Virus record (IMG/VR): IMGVR_UViG_3300045988_080187
Location: 1 to 39,616 of that record
Direction: 5' to 3' (one strand)
Length of the DNA: 39,616 nucleotides
From: a virus
A program made the position numbers and the translations under genes. The notes under the pieces were generated by a model, which did no database searches, was not told the DNA's origin, and saw nothing but the letters and a program-made list of their open reading frames with translations. This document shows, in pieces, positions 15,668 to 24,680 of the stretch (position 1 is the stretch's first letter; each line of letters begins with the position of its first letter).

Positions 15668-15699
15668 GCCTCTGCATTTCACTTTGCAGAGGTTTTTCA
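15668..15699 (+). terminator. Rho-independent terminator after the integrase gene.
   Basis: GCCTCTGCA-loop-TGCAGAGG followed by TTTTT. Confidence 0.7.
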
Positions 15700-15763
15700 A
15701 TATAGAGAGGATTGTATAAAATAGCCATCTATATTTTAGCAAAATGCGTAAAAATATGCCATA

Positions 15764-15970
15764 TTTCTTGGATATTTTCTTGGACAAAATCTGTTTTTAG
15801 CTTATTTATGCATAAATTCATACTTTCTAAAAATACAAGAATGTGATTTTACTAATTTTACTATTCATTATTATTCGTGTATTTACGCTGTTTTCATACA
15901 AATTCAATATCTGAATATAGACTATTCTTGACTACTCGTTAAAAATTTTTCTTGGATATTTTCTTGGACA
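15764..15970. other. Candidate attP region: two exact 23-bp direct repeats TTTCTTGGATATTTTCTTGGACA (15764-15786 and 15948-15970), each containing an internal TTCTTGGA iteration, in the AT-rich gap downstream of the integrase gene.
   Basis: Read from the sequence. attP typically abuts the 3' end of the integrase gene. Confidence 0.4.
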
Positions 15971-16010
15971 GTTCTATAATTCTTAACATAATTTTAGAGA
16001 GGTCGATATT

Positions 16011-16610
16011 ATGGCAATTAGCGAATTACAAAAACAGCTTTCAACTCTTTTAGTCAAATTACGCATCCGTCACGGATTATCTAAATTCAAGATGGCTACA
16101 CTTGCTGAAGTTTCTGACCACACGTGGGATAGATATGAAAACGGTGAATCTTCTCCGACTCTGCCAGAGTTCATTAATATTTACAACGAACTTGGCGAAG
16201 ATGCTTTACGTGATATTATAAGCATAATGTATCCAGATAAATACAATGGACTTGTTTCAGAAAGCAACATCAATGATTTGCGTAAATCTTTGATTCACTA
16301 TTTTACTCACGTAGCTTCAGAGCGTGTTATTCGTGAATGGGCTTTTCTTACTTTTGGTGATCATGGAAGTAGTTCATTGGCTCAATTAGAGATGTTCACA
16401 ATGATTGACCACTTGCCTATGAAATATAGATACATGATTGCTGAATCTATCAATAAATACTACGAAATGGCTTCTGCACATAATGAACTTGTTTCAACTG
16501 ATGAAACACTTCCAGATGTTGAACTATTCCGTATTGGTCTAAATTTAGGAAAAAAAGCAACAATGGAGAAAAAAGAATCATATTCATTAACAAAGAAAGA
16601 CGAGGATTAA
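16011..16610 (+). CDS. XRE-family HTH regulator, 199 aa, with an unknown C-terminal domain of about 130 aa.
   Basis: The N-terminus LVKLRIRHGLSKFKMATLAEVSDHTWDRYENGESSPTL is an HTH_3 motif. Confidence 0.6.
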   Translation: MAISELQKQLSTLLVKLRIRHGLSKFKMATLAEVSDHTWDRYENGESSPTLPEFINIYNELGEDALRDIISIMYPDKYNGLVSESNINDLRKSLIHYFTHVASERVIREWAFLTFGDHGSSSLAQLEMFTMIDHLPMKYRYMIAESINKYYEMASAHNELVSTDETLPDVELFRIGLNLGKKATMEKKESYSLTKKDED

Positions 16611-16897
16611 TTCTTCGCCTTTCTTATTTTTTCCATTATCAGCTCATACTCTTTAGGATACATTATCCTTACTGCTTCAACATGTTCATTTAATGCTTCT
16701 ATCAGTTTGCTTTTTGATATGCTGTTCGCAATCATTTCAAATTCTGTAGGATTAGCATCAACTGATCTTGTTGTGGTGCCTGTATCGCCTTCTTTTCTTA
16801 TTATATATAGTACAGCTAATTTCTCTGCAATCCTGTATGTTAAGTCATCTTCTTCTAATCTTTTAATTTCTTCATTGACTGCATTTAAGTCAATCAT
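16607..16897 (-). CDS. Hypothetical protein, 96 aa.
   Basis: ORF track; convergent with the 199-aa regulator. Confidence 0.5.
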   Translation of the reverse strand: MIDLNAVNEEIKRLEEDDLTYRIAEKLAVLYIIRKEGDTGTTTRSVDANPTEFEMIANSISKSKLIEALNEHVEAVRIMYPKEYELIMEKIRKAKN

Positions 16898-17043
16898 ATT
16901 TTTTTATCTATTTTATCCATACATTTGATTGCATTTAGAATCTTATAGATATTATCTAAATCACTAGCAGTCATCTTTCCTCTGTCTGCAAGCTCTTCTA
17001 ATTCTTTCATTAGCATTGCTCTTATCTTTTCGATGCAGTTCAT
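16894..17043 (-). CDS. Small ORF, 49 aa (MNCIEKIRAMLMKELEELADRGKMTASDLDNIYKILNAIKCMDKIDKKI), not in the ORF track.
   Basis: Hand translation; translationally coupled to its neighbours on both sides (TAATG and ATGA overlaps). Confidence 0.3.
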   Translation of the reverse strand: MNCIEKIRAMLMKELEELADRGKMTASDLDNIYKILNAIKCMDKIDKKI

Positions 17044-17438
17044 TATCTCACCGCCTTAACCGTTATCAATCCACTTGTAATTGTTCCTGCAACACTTAAC
17101 TGCAATGCTATTTTCGCATAGCTGTTTGTGTTTTGTGGTTCGATTTTCACGACATCATGAATTGTCAATGTCTGACTATCTGTTGTTGCACCTACCGTTT
17201 CTATCGCCTGTGCTTCTGTCAATGCTGTTCCATTTGCAAGTAAAGAAGCTGTAACATTTCCTACTGCTACTCCTGTAGTTACAATTTGTGCATCAATCTC
17301 ATAATACCCTGCTTGTCTTAGCTCTACTGTATTATCATTTGAATTCCATATTGCTTTAGAATTACTTTGCATTGCAATATTAAATGGAATATTTGTATTC
17401 GCTGTTACTGCTGTATTTAATATTCTTCCTTTATACAT
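17043..17438 (-). CDS. BclA-C-terminal-domain-like (C1q/TNF-like) protein, 131 aa, lacking collagen repeats.
   Basis: The pattern NIPFN...GYYEIDAQIV...SLLANG...TLTIHDVVKI...ITVKAV parallels the Bacillus BclA C-terminal domain (VPFN...GFYKITV...). This is recalled from memory, not searched. Confidence 0.45.
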   Translation of the reverse strand: MYKGRILNTAVTANTNIPFNIAMQSNSKAIWNSNDNTVELRQAGYYEIDAQIVTTGVAVGNVTASLLANGTALTEAQAIETVGATTDSQTLTIHDVVKIEPQNTNSYAKIALQLSVAGTITSGLITVKAVR

Positions 17439-17501
17439 TCTTTCTCCTTATAAAAAGAGATTGCCATAAGACAACCTCTGAATTTATGCCTTACGCATCA
17501 T

Positions 17502-18239
17502 TTATGCAAATACTGTGCCACCTGCATAATATGGCTGTGGAACATTAAATGCTGGAATTGGTGCAGGTCTCAGCTGACCAACAAGGTACTGATTCTGCAA
17601 TGTCTGGCTCTGTGCAAGTGTCAATGCAGATACCTTTCTTTCTAAATCATCAATCTTTGCCTGCTTTGCATTTAATTCCTGCTGACTCAGTTTATCAATA
17701 ATTGCTCGTGCATTATCGTTTTGGTTATTGATAATGTCTCTAGCATTCATGTTATCAGTATTCTTGATAGCACATGCTTCAGACTGAATATTGAAATTAG
17801 TCTGGTCAATCATTCGCTGAGTTTGACTTGCCTGTTGCAATGCATCGTAGCGATTCTTGCAGCAACAATCTGCTAACTGAGATGACAATGCATAGTTGCC
17901 ATCTTTAATTGCTGACTGTGTATCTGCAAAATTTCTTAGGTTTTCATATCCAACAGAAGACAATCCTTGAGATAACTGCATCATATGCATATTTTCATTA
18001 TCAGATAATCTTCCTACTGCATTCTGTAGATCATTGAAATTCATTGCACTACACAATCCTGCTTCTGTTACAGGCTGTTGTGGTGCTTCGCCTTTATTTC
18101 CGAAAAATCCGTTTCCCATAAAGGCAAACAAGAATAAGATAATAATCCAATAAGCACCATTTCCACCCCAACAGTCATTGTCTCTGTTTCCCATAACTGC
18201 TCCAATGTCGGCAGGTGTCATTCCTTCTGCTAAACTCAT
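17502..18239 (-). CDS. Membrane-anchored protein, 245 aa, with a Gln/Asn-rich coiled-coil region.
   Basis: One transmembrane helix (AYWIIILFLFAFMGNGFFG), a CCC motif and a Q/N-rich remainder. Confidence 0.5.
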   Translation of the reverse strand: MSLAEGMTPADIGAVMGNRDNDCWGGNGAYWIIILFLFAFMGNGFFGNKGEAPQQPVTEAGLCSAMNFNDLQNAVGRLSDNENMHMMQLSQGLSSVGYENLRNFADTQSAIKDGNYALSSQLADCCCKNRYDALQQASQTQRMIDQTNFNIQSEACAIKNTDNMNARDIINNQNDNARAIIDKLSQQELNAKQAKIDDLERKVSALTLAQSQTLQNQYLVGQLRPAPIPAFNVPQPYYAGGTVFA

Positions 18240-18282
18240 GTTTTTCTCCTTTCGCTATATTTCTATCGTTCCATGGCTACGA

Positions 18283-18477
18283 TTAGAAACCTTTTCCTGT
18301 CATAATCCCTTGAATCTGCTTCGCTAGATTCTGTATCATGTTCAACTGCTGTTGATTCATTCCAGAATTCTGCATAACCTGTTTTGCCAGCTGTTCTGGA
18401 TTTCCACTTACATTACTTCTGAACTGATTTAACATCTGTCTCAACTGTGGATTTCTTAATAATTCCATCGGATTCAT
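18283..18477 (-). CDS. Small Gln-rich protein, 64 aa.
   Basis: ORF track; Q-rich repeats. Confidence 0.4.
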   Translation of the reverse strand: MNPMELLRNPQLRQMLNQFRSNVSGNPEQLAKQVMQNSGMNQQQLNMIQNLAKQIQGIMTGKGF

Positions 18478-18820
18478 GTTGCATAACCTCTTTCAATCTT
18501 TCATCTAAATATTCTTTTGTTACATACTGATTCATATCTGTTTGTCTTTGTTCTTGAACTACAGCATAGTTATATTTCTGCATTGTAGGCATTCCATTTA
18601 CCATGCTTTTTACATAAAACATTGGTGCTTCTGAATCCCACAGAACTACTGTATTTCCATTTGCTACAAGATATGATTTTGCTCCAACTTCTCCCTGTAC
18701 CCAAATTCTAGAGTCTGTTGGTTGAATTTGCTGTTGATACCCTTGCATCGGTGATTGCATCTTGTACTGATTCAATGTATCTTGCATTGGCTGTGTATAG
18801 CCATAATATGGATAAGGCAT
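18413..18820 (-). CDS. Tyr/Gln-rich protein, about 135 aa. The start was moved to MPYPYYGY, which is preceded by AAAGGAGAAAATAT (track ORF 18413..18865).
   Basis: An RBS lies upstream of the internal M; a CATACA box sits just upstream. Confidence 0.45.
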   Translation of the reverse strand: MPYPYYGYTQPMQDTLNQYKMQSPMQGYQQQIQPTDSRIWVQGEVGAKSYLVANGNTVVLWDSEAPMFYVKSMVNGMPTMQKYNYAVVQEQRQTDMNQYVTKEYLDERLKEVMQHESDGIIKKSTVETDVKSVQK

Positions 18821-18907
18821 ATATTTTCTCCTTTGTATGCTTATATATTGCCATTTCATCTGCATGATTTGGTGCAGTCTTCATCCATTTTTTATTGCTT
18901 GAAAATA

Positions 18908-18946
18908 CAAAAAAAGTGCAAAAAAAGAGCAATCATTTCTGATTGC
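18908..18946 (-). terminator. Intrinsic terminator after the LuxR-type gene: hairpin GCAATC-N6-GATTGC plus a U-run on the minus strand.
   Basis: Read from the sequence. Confidence 0.55.
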
Positions 18947-19196
18947 CCAATTCGCATGCCTTTTTTACTCTTTTTGGAAGCAATGGAGTATATTTCTGTA
19001 TCTTATCGTACTTGGTTCTTAATATACGAATCATATTGTTTACAGTGCTTCGACTTACTCCAAGTTCGTATGCAATATCTTCTATACAACTTCCATGTGC
19101 TTTCATTGTCATGAGTTTTGCTTCACGTTCTGATAAGCATCCAAATTTTATAAATTCATTTAGACGTATCTCATTCCAAACTACTTGATGTGCCAT
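18933..19196 (-). CDS. GerE/LuxR-type HTH regulator, about 87 aa; the start is taken at the ATG of MAHQVV.
   Basis: LSEREAKLMTMKAHGSCIEDIAYELGVSRSTVNNMIRILRTKYD fits the LuxR/GerE HTH pattern; single-domain size. Confidence 0.6.
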   Translation of the reverse strand: MAHQVVWNEIRLNEFIKFGCLSEREAKLMTMKAHGSCIEDIAYELGVSRSTVNNMIRILRTKYDKIQKYTPLLPKRVKKACELGNQK

Positions 19197-19326
19197 TCTT
19201 GTCTCCAACTGTCAGCTCATCGTATTCTTTTTGCGTGAGCTTCTTCTTTGCTAGCAGTACATCCAAACGTTCCCTGCCCCAATAAGTAGGGTAGTACTTC
19301 TTAGCTAAATCAAATACTGATTTCAT
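19171..19326 (-). CDS. XkdX-like small protein, 51 aa (MKSVFDLAKKYYPTYWGRERLDVLLAKKKLTQKEYDELTVGD...), not in the ORF track.
   Basis: Hand translation with an ATGA overlap to the upstream gene. The pattern Y..W...R..V..G.IT.eEY..IT is typical of the PBSX XkdX family. Confidence 0.45.
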   Translation of the reverse strand: MKSVFDLAKKYYPTYWGRERLDVLLAKKKLTQKEYDELTVGDKNGTSSSLE

Positions 19327-19745
19327 GCTTCTGCTCCTGTATCTATGTCAGACAGAATACTGATGTACGCAATGTCTGCCTGTGCCTGTGTGAGTTGTTC
19401 TGACAGTTCGCTTACCTTGTCTGCAAGCGTTCTTTCCTGCAGATGGATTGTGATTTGATTTGATTCTGTATTCAGAGTAATCTCTTTGCCTAAGATTCTG
19501 TCATAATATTCTGCGATAATCTGTTCACTAGATTCAATAGAAGTCTCTCTAGAACCGTCAATGTTGAACTCTCCGTAAACCATGTGATTTACAGTCTCTA
19601 CTAACTGAACCGTTGCTAAATTTTCTGTAGTACATACCTTCTTCAAATCTTCGATTGTCGTATCACTAAGTACAAACCTCAAATCATTTTCTGTATTGTA
19701 CTCGATTACACTTAATTCCGTTTTATCAGATAATCTTAACTTCAT
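19323..19745 (-). CDS. XkdW-like protein, 140 aa, in the post-tail-fibre position.
   Basis: Called on position and size; the sequence match is weak. Confidence 0.4.
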   Translation of the reverse strand: MKLRLSDKTELSVIEYNTENDLRFVLSDTTIEDLKKVCTTENLATVQLVETVNHMVYGEFNIDGSRETSIESSEQIIAEYYDRILGKEITLNTESNQITIHLQERTLADKVSELSEQLTQAQADIAYISILSDIDTGAEA

Positions 19746-19754
19746 ACTTCTCCT

Positions 19755-21515
19755 TTACGCTGTTCTTCTCCAAATATAAGCACTGTAGTATGGTGGAAGA
19801 TTGCTTGATGAGCCTGTATTGCCATGGCTGTGTGATGCACTTCCACCTGTATTCTCAACGATTGTTACACGTCCTGTTTGACCTGTTCCAACTTTATACG
19901 GAACTACTGACTTTGCATCTCCACCACCACCTGCTGCATAAACTGATGCGTTTGTTTGAGTAGTGTGATTGTGAGAAGGCATTTCATGGACTGTCAGTGT
20001 GTGACCACCTGTTGTATGTGCGTGGGATGAATTTCCACCTGTAGACTTAACTGCATATGAATTACCTGCACCGATTATCATTCGGTCTTTAATCAGCTCC
20101 CATGTTCCACCCCATCTTGTGCTTGGATTAAAGTCTTTATCTTCTGTCGTGTAGATAGTACCTACAGGATAGAAAAAATCTAATACAGACCTAATTACAC
20201 TTTGCTTGTCGAACAGATAGCTATCTGGCCCAAGAACAACTCCCTGCTTAATCATTGCGAATGCGTACTGTCCGACACCTAAATAAGCAGTAGCTGACAT
20301 ACTTTCCCCAAAGCTGTCTGTAACTGTTACTGCAATTGAGAATGACAGTGTGTAATACAAGTCAGTATATGCTTTGCTGAAACTAATATTCCCACTGCTT
20401 AGCGTTGGTGTAACAGATGTTGCACTGCTTGCATCATTACGTTTGATGCTCATGCTCACAGTGTTGTTCAATATCGTAGAATATGTACCACTAGCACTTA
20501 ATGTACCCTTCTGTGATGTATCACTCTCACGCTTCAATGAAGCAGTAACATAAGGCTTTGAGTAAGCATAATACGTCTGCTTTACAGTACCTGTTGACTG
20601 CAAACCTCGATTGTCTGTAGCTGTAACAGTATATGTTCCATTACTCTTATTTGAGACATAACCTGTATAAGCACCATTGCTGTACGACAGAGTTACACCA
20701 TCACAGACTACAGATTTGATTCCTGTTGAGTACTTGGCTGTTACAGGAACAGATACTAGCTTTCTAGAAATCTGCTGAACTGTAACATTTCCATTTTTAG
20801 CTTTTACACCATCATGCTGTTCGGTAAGGCTGATTGTTCCAACTGTTGGATTTGCATCACTTGGAACATGAAGATTGAAATTACATGTTTTTGTATCTCC
20901 AATTTTTGTAGAGCCACTATACGTTTCAACAGATATTCCCCCATAGCCAACTGTAGCTGTGCTGATTTGATCTAGCAGAGATGTTGGTGGAGTCCATGAA
21001 CAGTTGTCTACAACTCCTGTAGCAATCACTCCACTCTTCTTCCCAAAAGAATAAGAAACTTTATGAGTGAAATTTGCATGCTTATTCATGTGAATCGTAC
21101 ATGCAACTCCTGCGGTGATATTTGGACTGTTGTTTGGATATGTGTTGATTGATGGCTGTGAAGCTCTTGGGATAGTACTGAGAGTTAAAGTAAACTCTCC
21201 ATAAGGCATGCTTCCATATCCAGATGAATAATATGAACCGACTGTAGCTGAACCTGTTCCATCGGCATTGTGATTTGCCCAGAATCCACCACTGACTAGC
21301 TTAACCCAGCCATTAGCTGTCAAATGTGAATTTGTATATCCACCACCACCGGTAACATTACAATCAACATTGTAAGCTGAGTAACTACTACCTAAAATCC
21401 ACAGTTCAGTACTTACATACGAACGGTTGTTTGCAATATCGACCTGTGTTTCATCAGCATACACATGAATAGATGAATAGGTAGATAGTGCATGTGAACG
21501 TCTTTCCGTTGCCAT
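19755..21515 (-). CDS. Tail fibre / receptor-binding protein with a C-terminal phage tail-collar domain.
   Basis: YPVGTIYTTEDKDFNPSTRWGGTWELIKDRMIIGAG followed by His-rich repeats (SHAHTTGGHTLTVHEMPSHNHT...HSHGNTG). Confidence 0.75.
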   Translation of the reverse strand: MATERRSHALSTYSSIHVYADETQVDIANNRSYVSTELWILGSSYSAYNVDCNVTGGGGYTNSHLTANGWVKLVSGGFWANHNADGTGSATVGSYYSSGYGSMPYGEFTLTLSTIPRASQPSINTYPNNSPNITAGVACTIHMNKHANFTHKVSYSFGKKSGVIATGVVDNCSWTPPTSLLDQISTATVGYGGISVETYSGSTKIGDTKTCNFNLHVPSDANPTVGTISLTEQHDGVKAKNGNVTVQQISRKLVSVPVTAKYSTGIKSVVCDGVTLSYSNGAYTGYVSNKSNGTYTVTATDNRGLQSTGTVKQTYYAYSKPYVTASLKRESDTSQKGTLSASGTYSTILNNTVSMSIKRNDASSATSVTPTLSSGNISFSKAYTDLYYTLSFSIAVTVTDSFGESMSATAYLGVGQYAFAMIKQGVVLGPDSYLFDKQSVIRSVLDFFYPVGTIYTTEDKDFNPSTRWGGTWELIKDRMIIGAGNSYAVKSTGGNSSHAHTTGGHTLTVHEMPSHNHTTQTNASVYAAGGGGDAKSVVPYKVGTGQTGRVTIVENTGGSASHSHGNTGSSSNLPPYYSAYIWRRTA

Positions 21516-21516
21516 A

Positions 21517-24500
21517 CTACTGCACCACCTTCTTCAGCTTGCCAATGTGATAGAACACAGAAGCATCTTGATTCAGCACATTGCCATATTCCATTCTGTG
21601 CGATGCACACATAAAGTAATCATTAACTGCTAGATTGTTCATTCTACTGTCTGGGCCAAGAACCCCATTTTCTGTATTGTTTGTATAGAAGTGAGAGCCA
21701 TCACTTTTCTGATGAACATAGTTTTTTGAATTTGCTTTTTCGTAGATTCGCACACCTTGTGCATCAATCTTTACTACCTGTTCAATGTTGCTTACACCTT
21801 GATGTGCTCCATTTGCCAATTCTGTTGCTTTATCAGCAGATATCTGTGCGTCTTTGGCTTTATTAATTGCATCTTGATATGACTTAATAGCACTGTCTGC
21901 TGATGCCTGTGCAGAACCAGCTTTATTCAAAGCGTCATTTGCTGTACTCTGTGCATCATTCGCTGTCTGTTTAGCAGTACTTGCATTTGTCTGTGCACTA
22001 TTTGCAGTAGACTGTGCATTGCTGATATCAGCGTCCACATCCTCTGGAGCAGGAGTCCAATCGGTTGCAACGTTACCTAGTTCGAGTTTTGGACATGCAA
22101 AATATACATATTTACCTTCTTCGGTATTTTTCTGCAAAATTTCAAAGCCAAAATATGTCATTCCTGTTCCTGAAGTTTTAAGAATGGAATCTGTAACAGT
22201 GAATGTCAACGAATATTGAGCCCATTCTTTACTTAAAGTAAATTGCCTTACTGAACTATCAAAATCATAACGTCCATTTGAATCATTAAATGCTCGATTG
22301 AACATCATTATACTGATTGGAGAAATGTTATCTGTTTTAGCGTAGATACTATACGTCAATTTATCGCCAACATGAACCACATTACGTTCTGTAACATGTT
22401 TATTGAAAAATACTCTTAAGCCATTCCATGCTTTTTGTGCCGAAAAAATTCTACAATTTTTAAATAAATTCTCTGTCGAATTCAAACCATTAAGTAAGTA
22501 ATAAGTTCCATCTTTAGGAATTCTAGAATTCAGTAGTAAATTCCTTCCACCGACATTTACTCCCTTTAATGTGCTTCCAACAGAATATGATGTACTCTTC
22601 GTGTCATCTGTATATGTAATCACAGTTCTAGTCCAAAGGTATGGCTTATCAGCAGTAGTGTCTGGAACAGTCGTTACCCATGTACCGTTAGGTGTGGATG
22701 TACCATTATACCAAATCTGATAAGTAACCTCAGTAGACTTTACACCTCTACCATTACTTCCATTTTGACCGTTCGCTCCGTTAGTCCCTTGATAAGCGAC
22801 AGAATAAGCAGTTGTAGAGTTGCCATCGGAGTAAGTTACAACAGTTTTAGTCCAAAGATACTGACCTTTGGCAACTGTTGGTGGATTAGCTACCCATGCA
22901 CCTGTAGGAGTTGTAGTTCCACTAGTAGATGCTTGGTAAGTAACAGATTTAGCTGTGATTTTAACCGAGGTTCCATCATTACCTTTATCACCCTTTGCAC
23001 CTGTATTTCCCTGTACACAAGATGGCTCTGAATAACTGATTTCACCTTTCTTGTTTTCTGTTCTTAAACGTTGCCAGATGTAGTTGGTTTCAGTCCATGC
23101 AGGTCTAGATTCACTCCATGAGCCACCTTTCAGCTCTGTTGGAGATGTACTTACATACCACTCTGTTACTGCTTCGGACAGACTCGATGTGATAGTATTT
23201 TCTGTTGCTTCGTCAAAGCTACCAATCTGCAGTGTTTTGGCTTTGATGAGATTTCCATCCAACTCACCGAAATTAATCAAACTAGCATTGACTCCATCGC
23301 CTGTAATCGCTGTTGAATATGGGCCATTGTACCCACTCTTCGAAATACCTAATCCATTCTTGTTTAAACGGATGCAATTCACCATTTGTTCAATATTAGG
23401 TGAGTCACCAACAATAATTTCAGACGGAAATCCATTCACGTAGTTTGTAACTACATATCCACCTAAGCCACCTTTAATAAGCTCTGTTTGATATTTGATT
23501 ACTGCATCTAATATTGACTTTGTTACTGCACTGTCAGCAACTTTTGTTATTTCAGAAATTGTTGATGCAAGTGAAGAACGAACTGAACCAATCTTCAAAT
23601 AATCATATCTTTCTGCTAAAACGTCATACTTGTATTCAATGACCTTTGCTTTTGCATCTACTCCAAGCTCTGAAAATCTAACTGTTACTGTATCTCCAAG
23701 ATTGATTCTTTCTCTAGATAAATTCTTGTACTCTTCTGTATCCTCTAATGCAACAAAAGAAACATCGAGTGATACTTGTGGTACTCCCACACAGTTATTC
23801 TTGATGTACGATTCCGTGTATACCCTTAACTGCTCTACTGTCGGTTCTTCTTCAAAATTTGATGAAAAATCCTTAACAACAGTTCTCTTGAATGGGTATT
23901 TGCTTGCATATTCGCTTTCAATAGGTGTTTCAATGCTTACAACTTTGTCATTAGAATCCTTCCAAAAAGGAACTATACCTGTGATTACTTTGTCTATTGA
24001 TTCTTCTTGTTCTAGGTCTGTTAGATTTTTGCCATACTCAATGACTACTCCTCTATCTATGCCTCTGTGTGCATGCAGTTTGACTGTATAATTATCAAAC
24101 TCATATTCGCCACCGAAGCAGTCAAGAATAGACCCAGCTACCCCACCAAGTCTCTGTCTGAATGATGCAGGTTCCTTCTGTGAGTACTTTGTAGCTGTAT
24201 TCGAAATGTCAGTCCATACACTGAATGGATTGCTTGTCAAAGAATGATCTTTAAGTCCATTTAAGGCTTCAAGAACACCAACAGCATCAAACGGTTTAAC
24301 AGGTACATAGCTTAACTGATAAGAAATGTGTGTTGCTTCAACAGTCACTTTTCCACCAATTGGTTTTGTGATTGTGTCGATTCTGAAATGCTGAACTGCT
24401 TTTCCGTCAGAAGGTATTGCATCTACAATTGCCCCAACCTTGATATCAGAAAAATGCACTCCTGTTATTGGATATGTGAATTTCAATTCATATACGCCAT

Positions 24501-24600
24501 TTAACTTTTCATGCACATAACATGTAATGCAGTCTGTTAAGCATCCAACACCTTGTGAATCAAATTTTGTTTCATTCGCTTTGTACAATACAGGTATCAT
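21517..24600 (-). CDS. Tail-associated lysin / minor structural protein (Tal, endopeptidase-tail family) with collagen-like Gly-X-Y repeats and a C-terminal coiled-coil repeat region.
   Basis: The N-terminal MIPVLYKANETKFDSQGVGCL... minor-structural region; GNTGAKGDKGNDG and GTNGANGQNGSNGRG triplets; a 1027-aa protein between the distal tail protein and the fibre. Confidence 0.8.
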   Translation of the reverse strand: MIPVLYKANETKFDSQGVGCLTDCITCYVHEKLNGVYELKFTYPITGVHFSDIKVGAIVDAIPSDGKAVQHFRIDTITKPIGGKVTVEATHISYQLSYVPVKPFDAVGVLEALNGLKDHSLTSNPFSVWTDISNTATKYSQKEPASFRQRLGGVAGSILDCFGGEYEFDNYTVKLHAHRGIDRGVVIEYGKNLTDLEQEESIDKVITGIVPFWKDSNDKVVSIETPIESEYASKYPFKRTVVKDFSSNFEEEPTVEQLRVYTESYIKNNCVGVPQVSLDVSFVALEDTEEYKNLSRERINLGDTVTVRFSELGVDAKAKVIEYKYDVLAERYDYLKIGSVRSSLASTISEITKVADSAVTKSILDAVIKYQTELIKGGLGGYVVTNYVNGFPSEIIVGDSPNIEQMVNCIRLNKNGLGISKSGYNGPYSTAITGDGVNASLINFGELDGNLIKAKTLQIGSFDEATENTITSSLSEAVTEWYVSTSPTELKGGSWSESRPAWTETNYIWQRLRTENKKGEISYSEPSCVQGNTGAKGDKGNDGTSVKITAKSVTYQASTSGTTTPTGAWVANPPTVAKGQYLWTKTVVTYSDGNSTTAYSVAYQGTNGANGQNGSNGRGVKSTEVTYQIWYNGTSTPNGTWVTTVPDTTADKPYLWTRTVITYTDDTKSTSYSVGSTLKGVNVGGRNLLLNSRIPKDGTYYLLNGLNSTENLFKNCRIFSAQKAWNGLRVFFNKHVTERNVVHVGDKLTYSIYAKTDNISPISIMMFNRAFNDSNGRYDFDSSVRQFTLSKEWAQYSLTFTVTDSILKTSGTGMTYFGFEILQKNTEEGKYVYFACPKLELGNVATDWTPAPEDVDADISNAQSTANSAQTNASTAKQTANDAQSTANDALNKAGSAQASADSAIKSYQDAINKAKDAQISADKATELANGAHQGVSNIEQVVKIDAQGVRIYEKANSKNYVHQKSDGSHFYTNNTENGVLGPDSRMNNLAVNDYFMCASHRMEYGNVLNQDASVFYHIGKLKKVVQ

Positions 24601-24638
24601 GCTTTCTCCCTTACCTGCATATTTTCAAACGAATCAAA

Positions 24639-24680
24639 CTCACCGTTCCGCAAAAAAGAGCAAAGCTCATGCTCTGCTCT
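24639..24680 (-). promoter_or_regulatory. Late-gene control element: an intrinsic terminator hairpin (24657-24680) followed in the transcript by TTTTTTGCGGAACGGTGAG, about 45 nt upstream of the tail-associated lysin start.
   Basis: The motif CTCACCGTTCCGCAAA occurs 3 times in the window (24639, 33266, 38540), each time preceded by a terminator. Confidence 0.55.
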
